Shown: positions 54,088-63,875 of the stretch, in pieces
How the letters are laid out: each line of letters opens with the position of its first letter
How positions within the stretch are numbered: position 1 is the first letter of the stretch
From: an uncultured virus (IMG/VR IMGVR_UViG_3300035665_002234)
Lineage: Duplodnaviria > Heunggongvirae > Uroviricota > Caudoviricetes
IMG/VR virus record: IMGVR_UViG_3300035665_002234
Reading direction: 5' to 3' (one strand)
Length of the DNA stretch: 64,000 bases
Translations under genes and position numbers: made by a program
Notes under the pieces: generated by a model
Told to the model about the DNA's origin: nothing
What the model saw: the letters and a program-made list of their open reading frames with translations, nothing else
The model's database searches: none

Positions 54088-55203
54088 ATGGTAGTTATTG
54101 CTGAACCAGAAAGAACCAAACTGTATAACAGGATTTTAAATCAACTTGGGGCTCCATTAAGAGCTGTTGAATTGGAATTTGAAATGATGGATTCATTACT
54201 TGAATTGTCCATCGGTGACTATACACAATATCTTTATGATTGGTTGATTGAATCACAATGGACAACATTGTATGGTATGAATTTGGATACCCAATCTGTG
54301 GCAAACGCTTTAATCAGAAGAAGTCTTGATTGGGAAACTCAATACACTTACGCTTATTCTAAAATTGTTGGTCTTCAAAATTCAGGTCCTTGGGTTCTTA
54401 AGAAGGATTATTTTGAATTACAACAAAACGTACAAATATACGAAATACCTGCGGGTCGTGAAATTAACGAACTTTTATGGTATTCACCAGCAGAACAAAA
54501 TAACATGTTCTTTGACCCTTGGTCAATGCAAAGTCTTGGTGGTTATGGTGGACTTGGTGGACCTGGTGGGTTTGCTCAAGGTGGTGCCGGTGGAGGATAT
54601 TTCATGTTCTCATCTTATGATGTATTAGCAAGACAACAAGACATAAATCTTAAAAGAAGAATTATGCAACCCGATGTTAGTTATCGTGTGACAGCACTTC
54701 CTGATGGAAAAAGAGCGGTTATGTTGTATAATACACCTGGTGGTAGATTTGATTTTGGTGATAATGAATTAATGAGAGGTCGTGTTTGGTATTGGTATTA
54801 TGATACAACTGATGCAGACAGAGACCAATGTCTTAAAGATAATCCTGATATCGTAAAATTACCATCAGACATTCCATTAGATGAATTAAATTGGATTGAT
54901 TTAAACGACCCTGCAAAACAATGGGTTAGAAGATGGTTCACCGCATACTGTAAAGAGACCTTAGCTCGTGTTAGAGGTAAATTCAGTGGTAATTTGAAGA
55001 CACCAGATAGTGAATTAACAATGGATTATCAGTCTCTTCAAACTGAAGCCAAAGATGAAAAAGTTTCTTTAGTGACGGAACTCCAACAAAGATTAGAAAG
55101 ATTACGTCCTGAAAAACAAATGGAAAAAGAAGGTTCTATTGCTGAAAATTTAAATAAGCAATTAAAATATAGAGCAATGCCAATACCAATTACTGTTGTA
55201 TAA
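54088..55203 (+). CDS. Neck/head completion protein (gp13-like)
   Basis: ILNQLGAPLRAVEL N-terminus and WVRRWFTAYCKETLARVRGKF C-terminus; TATTTAT upstream. Confidence 0.7.
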   Translation: MVVIAEPERTKLYNRILNQLGAPLRAVELEFEMMDSLLELSIGDYTQYLYDWLIESQWTTLYGMNLDTQSVANALIRRSLDWETQYTYAYSKIVGLQNSGPWVLKKDYFELQQNVQIYEIPAGREINELLWYSPAEQNNMFFDPWSMQSLGGYGGLGGPGGFAQGGAGGGYFMFSSYDVLARQQDINLKRRIMQPDVSYRVTALPDGKRAVMLYNTPGGRFDFGDNELMRGRVWYWYYDTTDADRDQCLKDNPDIVKLPSDIPLDELNWIDLNDPAKQWVRRWFTAYCKETLARVRGKFSGNLKTPDSELTMDYQSLQTEAKDEKVSLVTELQQRLERLRPEKQMEKEGSIAENLNKQLKYRAMPIPITVV

Positions 55204-55540
55204 TATGCCAATAATTAAATCTATACCCGCAATTAAAATCATAAATGGTGTTCAGATTAGAACTTCTGAATTAGCCATTGTTTCTGAACCACAATACACC
55301 ACAAATGGAGAATATTCAATCGTTATTCGTGGTATTGATAATTGTATTTTAAAATTAAATTCGTTAACAACGGATAGAGTTAAAATAAAAGCAATGACAA
55401 ACGTATTAATCATACCCGACATTAATTCTATTGATGAAGAGTGGGATGAAATATCAATTGAAAAAGGTGCGTGTGTCGAATTTGTTTTTATTAACCAATA
55501 TTGGTATATCTTATCTTCAGATGGTTTGAAGATTTGGTAA
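55196..55540 (+). CDS. Hypothetical beta-rich protein
   Basis: ORF coupled to the neck gene (probable ATG at 55205); converges on and overlaps the polymerase 3' end by 24 bp. Confidence 0.6.
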   Translation: MYNMPIIKSIPAIKIINGVQIRTSELAIVSEPQYTTNGEYSIVIRGIDNCILKLNSLTTDRVKIKAMTNVLIIPDINSIDEEWDEISIEKGACVEFVFINQYWYILSSDGLKIW

Positions 55541-58252
55541 TCCCGTAATTTGATTTTCCCAACCTTCTTCAGCTTTTTCATAGATATAAAAAGGTTCCAA
55601 TCCACGTTTTTTCCAATAAGACATTTCTTGTTCAGAAATTGTTAATACATCATTCAAATCATCTTGGTCACCTTCACCTAATGGATGTCCATTAATTAGT
55701 TCACATTGGGCGGTTGTAAATATTCCACGTTTTTCAGGGTCATTCACAATTAAAGCTTCACGAACTTCATCTTTGAATACAACCAATAATGGGTCGATAC
55801 GTTTGTTGAAAGTAGCAATCGCTCTTGCCACATTATAATTTCCTGTTAAATCAGGATTTGCTTCTAATTCCGCAGGGTCCAACAAATAACAATTCAAAAC
55901 CAAACTATCACCTTTTTTTACCACATCACCGTGAGATGCTCGTTGACCATTATTTACGTATGTAATCACATCACCCAAGTTCACACTTAAGTTATGGTGA
56001 ATTGCAAGTTCCATATGTGCTTGACGTGACATCAATGAACCCGCCTTTGTTTTTTGAGTACAACGGAATTTATAATCACTTAAAGAATGTTTAATTCTTG
56101 CTCTTTGGGCAATTTTAGCCAAAGGAACTTTCATATCATAAATCTTTTGTAGGTATTCGTAATAATATTCAATGAAATCTTTACCCTTACCTTGAAGTAG
56201 CATCTTAATTCCTTTATCCAAGAACTCTTCAATATAACCTGGTAGTTTCTTTGACTTAATTGTATTACCAACCAATTTGATTTTACCTTTATCAGTCATC
56301 AAAGCATAGTTCTTACGAGCCAAGTTAATACATGCCGGCCATACACCATCATTATCCAAAGCCATTTCACCTCTCATGAATATGTCATTGTATTCGGCAA
56401 TATCCGCAGCCGCCCCAATGTATTCTTTACCTTCCACTACTTTCCAATTCAAACCACGACCAATGTATTTACGTTCGTGAACATCAGATGGAGATGAAAA
56501 GTTCACACCATCCGTATCCATTACCAATGGTGCATATCCACGTTTCATAAAGAACCCAATCATCTGACGCAAGTATTGTCTACCTGTACAAGTAATCTGT
56601 TCACCCATGTACATATCACCCCAATGAAATACTTGTGGTGCTGACAACGCTCCAAACATTGAGTTAATAAAGATTTTAATCGGTAACTGTTTACGGTCAT
56701 AAGATTTTGACTTCTTAGGGTCACTCTTTTCGAACTCTTCAGCCAATTGTTTGTACATAATACGAGAACTTCTAAAGTAACCCAACAATCCTTTCATCGC
56801 ACCTGTTACATCACACTCGGGGAATACATTGTGAACCAACTGAATAGATGGATAAAGTGAACTAAAGTCCAATTTCAATACAGATGTAGAATAACCAACC
56901 TTAATCAAACGAGACAATCCACCAACAAAGTCAGTCTTATCTTGTTTGGCTGGAATTGCCAAGTTGTACTTGTAAGACCAAGCCAACATAATCATCTTCC
57001 ATAAAGTTGCCGTACCCATTGTACTTACACGCTCATAAGTTGTAGGAACCAACGAAGCCAAAAGGAACGAACCTTGGTTGAACTCGTCATCCACACGTAG
57101 GGTTTCATCTAAGTCATCGTCAAGGTACTGTTCTACAATCTTATCACCTGTAGTTTTGATATATGTACCAGGAAAACGTGTATCAAGGTCATCAAATTGT
57201 GGATTATCCGCCTTCTTGTATTTTCCGTTTTTAACATTTAACCAATAATCTTCCTTTTTAGCATACATAGGACCAATTTCTGTGTGGTCAATGTATACAC
57301 GGTCTTCATCTTGAATCTCCAAGTACTGAGTTATGTATTTCAAACCCGCCGACTTGATGTTTGAGTTAATCGCTTGGGCTCTACGAACTGAGTGTAAGAT
57401 ATCAATGATGTTGTATCCCCACATTGAGGTCTGTGGGTATCTTTCTACCTCATTGGCAAGCTTCAACATTTGTTCTTTCTGAGATATGGTACGTTGGGGG
57501 TTAAGTGACTTGGCTATCTTCTTTATATCCAATCCAAGTGCCTTAGCTCGTTCAAAAATCCACAACCAGTCAAAGTTAAATGAGTTATATCCACCAATGA
57601 TAGATGGTTTAAGTTCATTAATTGTATCAAAGAATTTAATTAAACCTAACTTTTCAGTTTCCTCTGTGTCACATTCAATTACCTCGTGGAACCCTTTGTT
57701 TGTTTTTATTCCAATCATGAATATACGACCATCCTTTGGTTCAAGTGAGGTCGTTTCTAAGTCAAATACAAGTCGGGTTATGTCATTGTATTCTTCATAT
57801 CCTTTGAATAGTCGTTTTTCTTTCTGAATAAGATATTGTTCTACAGGAGGTAACATAAGAAACTTATCCTTTGCTCTATCACCCCAAGGGTCAATACCAC
57901 CATCACGGAAAAATTGAACCAATGAACGGTATCCACCAAGACATTTAACCATATAGGTTAAACCGTTCTCTAATCTTTCATTATCGTGGGTTTCTAATTT
58001 GTCAATAACAATTTTATGTTTTGACATGGCCTCTTTTTGTAATCCTTTTGAGCCTTGATAAAAATTTAAACCTTTTAGGTCACCGACCCAAGCAAAAGGT
58101 ATAAAATGGTCTTTTTGAATTGATTTTCCTTGACCAGGAACTTCTTTAATTTTGTAAATTGCGTCTGTCACATAATCAAATTCTATGGACACAATGAATT
58201 GTTCGGGGTCGCCACCTTCCAAGAACGCTTTAATTTCTTCGTTTGATATCAT
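55517..58252 (-). CDS. polB: Family B DNA polymerase with 3'-5' exonuclease
   Basis: ExoI FDLET, ExoII GYNSFNFD, motif A DFSSLYPS, motif B KIFINSMFG, motif C DTDG, RKNYA. Confidence 0.95.
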   Translation of the reverse strand: MISNEEIKAFLEGGDPEQFIVSIEFDYVTDAIYKIKEVPGQGKSIQKDHFIPFAWVGDLKGLNFYQGSKGLQKEAMSKHKIVIDKLETHDNERLENGLTYMVKCLGGYRSLVQFFRDGGIDPWGDRAKDKFLMLPPVEQYLIQKEKRLFKGYEEYNDITRLVFDLETTSLEPKDGRIFMIGIKTNKGFHEVIECDTEETEKLGLIKFFDTINELKPSIIGGYNSFNFDWLWIFERAKALGLDIKKIAKSLNPQRTISQKEQMLKLANEVERYPQTSMWGYNIIDILHSVRRAQAINSNIKSAGLKYITQYLEIQDEDRVYIDHTEIGPMYAKKEDYWLNVKNGKYKKADNPQFDDLDTRFPGTYIKTTGDKIVEQYLDDDLDETLRVDDEFNQGSFLLASLVPTTYERVSTMGTATLWKMIMLAWSYKYNLAIPAKQDKTDFVGGLSRLIKVGYSTSVLKLDFSSLYPSIQLVHNVFPECDVTGAMKGLLGYFRSSRIMYKQLAEEFEKSDPKKSKSYDRKQLPIKIFINSMFGALSAPQVFHWGDMYMGEQITCTGRQYLRQMIGFFMKRGYAPLVMDTDGVNFSSPSDVHERKYIGRGLNWKVVEGKEYIGAAADIAEYNDIFMRGEMALDNDGVWPACINLARKNYALMTDKGKIKLVGNTIKSKKLPGYIEEFLDKGIKMLLQGKGKDFIEYYYEYLQKIYDMKVPLAKIAQRARIKHSLSDYKFRCTQKTKAGSLMSRQAHMELAIHHNLSVNLGDVITYVNNGQRASHGDVVKKGDSLVLNCYLLDPAELEANPDLTGNYNVARAIATFNKRIDPLLVVFKDEVREALIVNDPEKRGIFTTAQCELINGHPLGEGDQDDLNDVLTISEQEMSYWKKRGLEPFYIYEKAEEGWENQITGLPNLQTI

Positions 58253-58263
58253 TTCTATAAATT

Positions 58264-58322
58264 TTAACCGAGTGACCTATTATCTTCCGTAAAATACGGA
58301 GTTTGTCTTACTCATTGGTTAA
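58264..58322 (-). promoter_or_regulatory. Structured 5' leader of the DNA polymerase mRNA
   Basis: Nested pairings TTAACC/GGTTAA, GAGT/ACTC, GAC/GTC, TCCGTA/TACGGA. Confidence 0.6.
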
Positions 58323-58351
58323 AGTATAGGTATTGGATTTAACCTCGTCAA
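58323..58351 (-). promoter_or_regulatory. Sigma70-type promoter of the DNA polymerase gene
   Basis: TTGACG-N17-TATACT; same -35 hexamer as the SSB promoter. Confidence 0.8.
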
Positions 58352-58749
58352 CAACAAGGACTATCTATAATGAAACTTTCTTGGACATTGATGTATAACT
58401 CATCTCTTAGAGGTAAAATAAGATTTCCTTCAATACCACCCAAAAGACCGTTATTATATTTAATCAAAAATTGTCCAACATAACGACCAATAGTATTTGT
58501 ATCACGAGCAGTGAATTTAAAATATACGTAATATTCGGGTAATGCGTTTGGGTCATCACCAATTACTTCAGTAATGTATGCGGGTTTTGAAACAATCTTT
58601 GGTATTCCCGTTGCTTCATTTATCATAGAAAAGAAAATTGACGCACTACCTAAAGAATCCATAAAAGATTGGTATTCACTTCTACCATCTCTAACCACTT
58701 GCATTTTTAAAAGTGGTAATGTCGCATTTTTCTTAATATTAAAATCCAT
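58348..58749 (-). CDS. Small structural protein (BppU N-terminal-like)
   Basis: FNIKKNATLP...YFKFTARDTNTIGRYVGQF; TATTTAT 5 nt upstream. Confidence 0.5.
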   Translation of the reverse strand: MDFNIKKNATLPLLKMQVVRDGRSEYQSFMDSLGSASIFFSMINEATGIPKIVSKPAYITEVIGDDPNALPEYYVYFKFTARDTNTIGRYVGQFLIKYNNGLLGGIEGNLILPLRDELYINVQESFIIDSPCC

Positions 58750-58765
58750 TACATATAAATACTCA

Positions 58766-60442
58766 TTAAGATTCTTTTCTTAATGAACCATCATAAAAAT
58801 CAAACCTATCATGTTCAGTTGGTGTCATCAATAACAATGCGGGTTTAATATTTCCCTTAATTGTTTCTTGGAACATGTAACTCATCCAAGTTTGTTCAAA
58901 CGGTCTTGACCATGTTGTTTCTAAGAACATTTTTTTGTTTCCATGTCGTGTAACTATCTGTGGCCAATTACAATAGTAAATTTCACCATCAACAAAAGGA
59001 ATTCCTTTGTGATTTCTAATGTTGTTGTATTTTGTCTTTGGTGCGTTTGGGTCTTGACCTTGAACGGGTAATGTTGGTTTTTCTGGCCAATGTTTTACCC
59101 TAAAATCTTGCGGTACATTATACCATGACCATTGTATTCCATTATCACCAAAAAACTCACTATAGTTCATTTTGATGAAGTCATAATGGTATTTTTTTGT
59201 AATCTCAATTATGTTTTTATACAAATTGTCAACGTATCGGTTAAATCCATTTCTACAAACCTCACCTTTGTTTGGGTAAAAGAACATATCATCTTCAAAA
59301 AAGAAATAAAAATCAAATTCATTTTCTTCAGCATGTTCTGCAATCCATTGTCTACCACCACAAATACCTAAATTATCTTTTTTAATATGTTCAAAACCAT
59401 ATTTTTCACAAAGTTCCGAGTATTTCTCGGTAGTTGATAAATCTGATGAATTATCTAATAAGAACTTTTTTGGTTTGTTAATAAAATCTATATCATAAAC
59501 TTCCATAGAATTCATTAAAGTTTCAAATTGTTTTGGACTATTAAATGTTATAACATATAAGGCAACATTATCAGGGCTTAAATCATCATTAACAGCATCC
59601 ATTTTAAATTTACTTTGTTTTTTTAAATCGTCATTTTTTAAATCCTCAAAAAATTTTCCAAATAAACCATTTGACTCAATTTCAAAATAATCAATCAAAT
59701 CAGCATGTTTATAACACATTATTGAAAAAATTGATTCTTCAGTTCCCATTAAATTTTGTGACAATGTGGATGTTAAAAGATTATAATAAATTCCATTTAT
59801 ATCACTAATACTACTCTTTGGTCCACCAAAAAAACCACCACGAGCAACCATGTCTACCTTTGTCTGTGATATCTTATTAATTTCGTCAAAATTAAACCCG
59901 TGAATTTCGTTATTTGCCTCATAAGGGAAACAAACAAAACTAAATTTATTAATATACTTTGGAAGTTTTTCTAAGACCTTATCATGTGTAAAATAACCTG
60001 GATGTACAGTATTTGCCAATCCAGCATCAATCCAAAACATATATTCAGAATCAAAATTATCAAAAATTTTGGCATCATGTAACAAAAACATTTTAGACAT
60101 AACTAATGGATTATACCATTCAAGTTTTGCCTGTGTTGAGTCTGCCAACCATCCAGCTTGATTATACCAATCAGGATTTGTTCTAATTTGTTGGATTTTA
60201 TCGTATGGAACAGTTTGTTTAAACCAATCTTTATCTCTAACAATAAATTGGGTGTTTGACCTATCTCTTCTTTCCCAAACAAAAGATTCCAATTCTTGTT
60301 CACCAAAAATTATTATATTATTATCAACCTTAAGAAGATGGTCAAATTTTTCTAAATAATGTTCAAAACTACGTGACCATCCTTCAGTTAATGAATCACG
60401 ATTAATATTCCATAAACCTGTAACTAATGTTATTTTACTCAT
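58766..60442 (-). CDS. Two-domain glycosyltransferase-like protein (HtrL/YibB-like plus GT-A/GT2-like)
   Basis: TLVTGLWNINR, FWIDAG, GGFFGG, GTEE; second domain DNSSD, DNLGICGGR, FFEDD. Confidence 0.7.
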   Translation of the reverse strand: MSKITLVTGLWNINRDSLTEGWSRSFEHYLEKFDHLLKVDNNIIIFGEQELESFVWERRDRSNTQFIVRDKDWFKQTVPYDKIQQIRTNPDWYNQAGWLADSTQAKLEWYNPLVMSKMFLLHDAKIFDNFDSEYMFWIDAGLANTVHPGYFTHDKVLEKLPKYINKFSFVCFPYEANNEIHGFNFDEINKISQTKVDMVARGGFFGGPKSSISDINGIYYNLLTSTLSQNLMGTEESIFSIMCYKHADLIDYFEIESNGLFGKFFEDLKNDDLKKQSKFKMDAVNDDLSPDNVALYVITFNSPKQFETLMNSMEVYDIDFINKPKKFLLDNSSDLSTTEKYSELCEKYGFEHIKKDNLGICGGRQWIAEHAEENEFDFYFFFEDDMFFYPNKGEVCRNGFNRYVDNLYKNIIEITKKYHYDFIKMNYSEFFGDNGIQWSWYNVPQDFRVKHWPEKPTLPVQGQDPNAPKTKYNNIRNHKGIPFVDGEIYYCNWPQIVTRHGNKKMFLETTWSRPFEQTWMSYMFQETIKGNIKPALLLMTPTEHDRFDFYDGSLRKES

Positions 60443-61005
60443 TCTGTATCCCTAACTTTATAAATAATTTTATCAATAAATTCATATTCAAATATTTTTG
60501 ATATGTCAGAATAAAATATCCCATCTCCAAAAATATCCTCATGAAATAACGGTAAATTTTTGGTGTTTGGTATTACACCAACACATTTACCAATGTTGCC
60601 GACTTCAAAATGTTTTGAAGCCCAATTAACGGTACCACCCCATTTATGTTTAAAAATGTATAATTTTTTTTCTGTAACAGTATTTCTAATATATTCAAAT
60701 GCATCAGGAACATACCTATCATCATCATCGGCAAACATTATAAAATCACCGTCTAAGGTATTCATATGTCTATTTAACAATGGATGTCCAAAATTACCTT
60801 CAGGACCGTTTAAATTTTTAATATGATTTAATTTACATTTAAAATTAAAAGTAGATAACACCCCCTCAACAAAGTCGTGATTATTATCCGATACAATGGT
60901 AAAATAATCATTTTCATTTAATTGATTAACAAAACTATCAATTAAACGACCTAACGATTCTCGTCCTAAAGATGTACAAAGGATGTGAAAAGAAAAATTA
61001 TTCAT
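60439..61005 (-). CDS. GT2-like glycosyltransferase
   Basis: SLGRESL, IVSD, GDFIMFADDDD (DxD), GDG. Confidence 0.7.
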   Translation of the reverse strand: MNNFSFHILCTSLGRESLGRLIDSFVNQLNENDYFTIVSDNNHDFVEGVLSTFNFKCKLNHIKNLNGPEGNFGHPLLNRHMNTLDGDFIMFADDDDRYVPDAFEYIRNTVTEKKLYIFKHKWGGTVNWASKHFEVGNIGKCVGVIPNTKNLPLFHEDIFGDGIFYSDISKIFEYEFIDKIIYKVRDTE

Positions 61006-61840
61006 AACATTTTTCTAAGATATATTTTTCAGTGTCTAATTTGTCCATAATTTCTAAAATACCTCTTTGGAAATCATTCCAATCTCCAAAATTAAAGAAC
61101 TTGGTGTTATTTCTATGTGTTAAAATGGCCAAAACCTCTTGTTCACTGATTAAACCACTATAAGTTTTTAAATATAAATCAAAAATATTTAGATAATCGG
61201 ATAATACTTTTTGTATATTTTCTTTATTTCCACCAAATAATGCACCAGGTATTAATTTAAAGTCTGTGTTATATATCGCATTCATTCTATCTCGTAACTC
61301 ATAATTAATTTGGATTGCTTCACCTCTTAAAGATATAAAACCATACTCATCAATTTTTTCATTAATTTTATCCAAAAATAATTTTGAGTGGGCCAAGACA
61401 TTCATATAATCTCTCCAACCATCGTGACAACTAGTTCCAAACAATCCCGCATCTAACCAAACAACATTTTTATTTTCTTCACTTTCAGACAATAAAAATT
61501 TAATTTTGTTTAAAATTACCTCAATATAGTTTTTAACACAATATATTCTATCATATATTTCACCTTCATTGAATTTTGTTTCTCTGATTGGATTAATAGT
61601 GTTTAAGTAATATTCAGAATCTAATTCTTCAATTTTTATAACAACATTTTGTTGGTTAAAAACATCACCTAATGAAAATGTATCATATGTGTGTTTATCT
61701 GTATAAATAACATATTCATATTCATCAAATATGATGTTTTGTATTGTTTGAGCCAACAACGGGAATGATTTATACCTCATTCCACCTCTACCGTCTTCAT
61801 ATCTTAAATCGTAGATTGAAGTTATTATTTTTAATACCAT
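60998..61840 (-). CDS. HtrL/YibB-like putative glycosyltransferase
   Basis: IITSIYD, VWLDAGL, GALFGG, SEQ; parallels the N-domain of 58766..60442. Confidence 0.6.
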   Translation of the reverse strand: MVLKIITSIYDLRYEDGRGGMRYKSFPLLAQTIQNIIFDEYEYVIYTDKHTYDTFSLGDVFNQQNVVIKIEELDSEYYLNTINPIRETKFNEGEIYDRIYCVKNYIEVILNKIKFLLSESEENKNVVWLDAGLFGTSCHDGWRDYMNVLAHSKLFLDKINEKIDEYGFISLRGEAIQINYELRDRMNAIYNTDFKLIPGALFGGNKENIQKVLSDYLNIFDLYLKTYSGLISEQEVLAILTHRNNTKFFNFGDWNDFQRGILEIMDKLDTEKYILEKCYE

Positions 61841-62553
61841 TTATTATGTTTTGGAATCAATAAGTTTATGCCTTGACTGGAATTATTTTTTAATTCAATA
61901 CCGTTATAAAATGCTGAAAAACACATTTCATCAATATTACCCGCTGGCACGTTACGTAAATTCTCATCGTATTTGATTTTAATACACTCATCCCAAGTAT
62001 TTAAAAAATCATTAAATTTATTTGTTTCAATATCTAAAAATTGAACACAATCTTCAGGCATGTAAAAATTTTCATTACTATATAAAACATTGAATTTATT
62101 TTCGTAGTGTTTGAATCTTTTACCTAACTCACTATTACTTTTTTCTTCATTTTCAAATAGATATGTTACTTGACCAGATATACTATTAGGTAAAAATAGT
62201 TTTAATATATTTTCATGTGTAAATAAACTTTCATTAGCCACAACGTCAGTATCACATAATATTATTTTACTAAAACCATTTTCTAATGCAAATCTAACCG
62301 AATACCTTTTAACTGAAAAATCAAAATCATAATAATTTGTATTGTAGGTTTGATATTGTTCATTATACTCCCTAATGTCTTTAACCTTAACCCAACTTTC
62401 TTTTGTGATTTTATCGGGATTGTCGGTAACAACAAAAATTGTTGGTTTATCATTAAGTTCTTTAAAAGAATCTATTAATCTGTTTGTTTGTTCATAATAC
62501 CTTTCACCATAACAAAAAGTGGTGATGGCATAATTATTATCTAAATTTTCCAT
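61831..62553 (-). CDS. GT-A fold putative glycosyltransferase
   Basis: TFCYGERY, VVTDNP, LCDTD (DxD); position within the operon. Confidence 0.55.
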   Translation of the reverse strand: MENLDNNYAITTFCYGERYYEQTNRLIDSFKELNDKPTIFVVTDNPDKITKESWVKVKDIREYNEQYQTYNTNYYDFDFSVKRYSVRFALENGFSKIILCDTDVVANESLFTHENILKLFLPNSISGQVTYLFENEEKSNSELGKRFKHYENKFNVLYSNENFYMPEDCVQFLDIETNKFNDFLNTWDECIKIKYDENLRNVPAGNIDEMCFSAFYNGIELKNNSSQGINLLIPKHNKWY

Positions 62554-62554
62554 A

Positions 62555-63802
62555 TTATAAATTTCCTGTTATTCTTTCACACCAATCTTTAGATACTGAG
62601 TGTGGCCAAACAACCCAATACTTTGGTTTATGTTCTGTTTGGAATTCTCTCCATACTTTACAGTAACCATCAGGGTCATTCATCATTCTATCAATTTCTG
62701 CCTTATCAGCGTCTTTTCTGTTCAGTGTTTCATCATTTTCACCGTGGAAGGCAACCACCCAAAAATCATAATCTTTTTCAGGTACTTGTGAGAAACCAAT
62801 ATCAATACAATGTTTAAATACTTGAGCAAAGTTTTTCTTCCACTCTTCTTCAGATTCAAAGTTGTATGGATTTGGTGGATAATTCTTATCTAAGGTATGT
62901 TGTTGGACAGCTCTTTTTTCAAATAAAAGACCTGAATACTTTTCATAATCTCTTAATGTCCTAACAGGTCCAAATCCATAAGGTCCGTCATGACCTTCTT
63001 GTTTTTCACCATCCATACCAAATAATTTTCTATTGGTAAAATGTGAATGACTGTTTTTATTACCCCAATCTTTGTCATCATCCCATTGTTTTGTTCTACC
63101 TTTACGAGTATATTCGTGCCAAATCAAAACTTTATGTGGGTGGAATAAATCATAACCCCAAGTATAAGCACGAGCGGCAATTGATATTTCTTCACCGTGG
63201 AAATAGTATTCAGGGTTGTGTTGTACTTCTTTTGAGAACTGACCTAATGTAAAACAGTAGTGAGCTGAATAGAAACGAGATGTAACAGGTTCTGTTAAGC
63301 TCTGCCAACCTGGAATTGTTTCAGGTAGGAAGAATACCGCACCTTCAGGAATAAATCTGTCAAACGCCATTCTCCATGGTTCTTGCATACGCCCTGATGG
63401 GTCATTGTCGGGGTCAAAAGATGATACATATCCTGTAAGTAATGGTTTTTCATGACCTTTCTTTTGAAGTTGTTTAATCATCTTAATCATTTCATCATCC
63501 CAATTGGGTGCGAATCTCATGTGTGAATCAATTTGAAGTGTATATTCTTCACCTTGATATAGTTGTTGAACTTGGTTTCTTGCCCAACAAACACCTTTTG
63601 ATTCTTGATAAGGAATGTTAAGGATTCTAAATCTTTTATCATTTTCGTACTCTGACATGTCATCAAACCCGTCTTCAGGATGAAATTGTCTTGCAATACC
63701 AATTCTTAAATTTTTAGGTCTTTTAGCATTTTCTATCATACTTTTGATAGTTGCTATAAGTTGGGGGTCACGATAAGCGGCAATTTGAACAAATATTTTC
63801 AT
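62555..63802 (-). CDS. GT60/Gnt1-like polypeptide GlcNAc-transferase
   Basis: IFVQIAAYRD, SKGVCWAR, QIDSHMRF (DxH), GEE, RAYTWGYDLFHP, YGFGPVRTL match the Skp1 Gnt1/GlcNAc family pattern. Confidence 0.85.
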   Translation of the reverse strand: MKIFVQIAAYRDPQLIATIKSMIENAKRPKNLRIGIARQFHPEDGFDDMSEYENDKRFRILNIPYQESKGVCWARNQVQQLYQGEEYTLQIDSHMRFAPNWDDEMIKMIKQLQKKGHEKPLLTGYVSSFDPDNDPSGRMQEPWRMAFDRFIPEGAVFFLPETIPGWQSLTEPVTSRFYSAHYCFTLGQFSKEVQHNPEYYFHGEEISIAARAYTWGYDLFHPHKVLIWHEYTRKGRTKQWDDDKDWGNKNSHSHFTNRKLFGMDGEKQEGHDGPYGFGPVRTLRDYEKYSGLLFEKRAVQQHTLDKNYPPNPYNFESEEEWKKNFAQVFKHCIDIGFSQVPEKDYDFWVVAFHGENDETLNRKDADKAEIDRMMNDPDGYCKVWREFQTEHKPKYWVVWPHSVSKDWCERITGNL

Positions 63803-63875
63803 GAATATATTTTTTCATAAAAATATTAAAGGATTTGAAAAAGTTAATAGGAAAATTAAGTAAAAACAATCCTTT

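Noticed and set aside
58766..63802. Glycosyltransferases as a DNA hypermodification system
   Set aside because: No hydroxymethylase, TET/JBP or T4-type glucosyltransferase seen in the window and the lead enzyme resembles protein-acting GT60; disfavoured rather than excluded.
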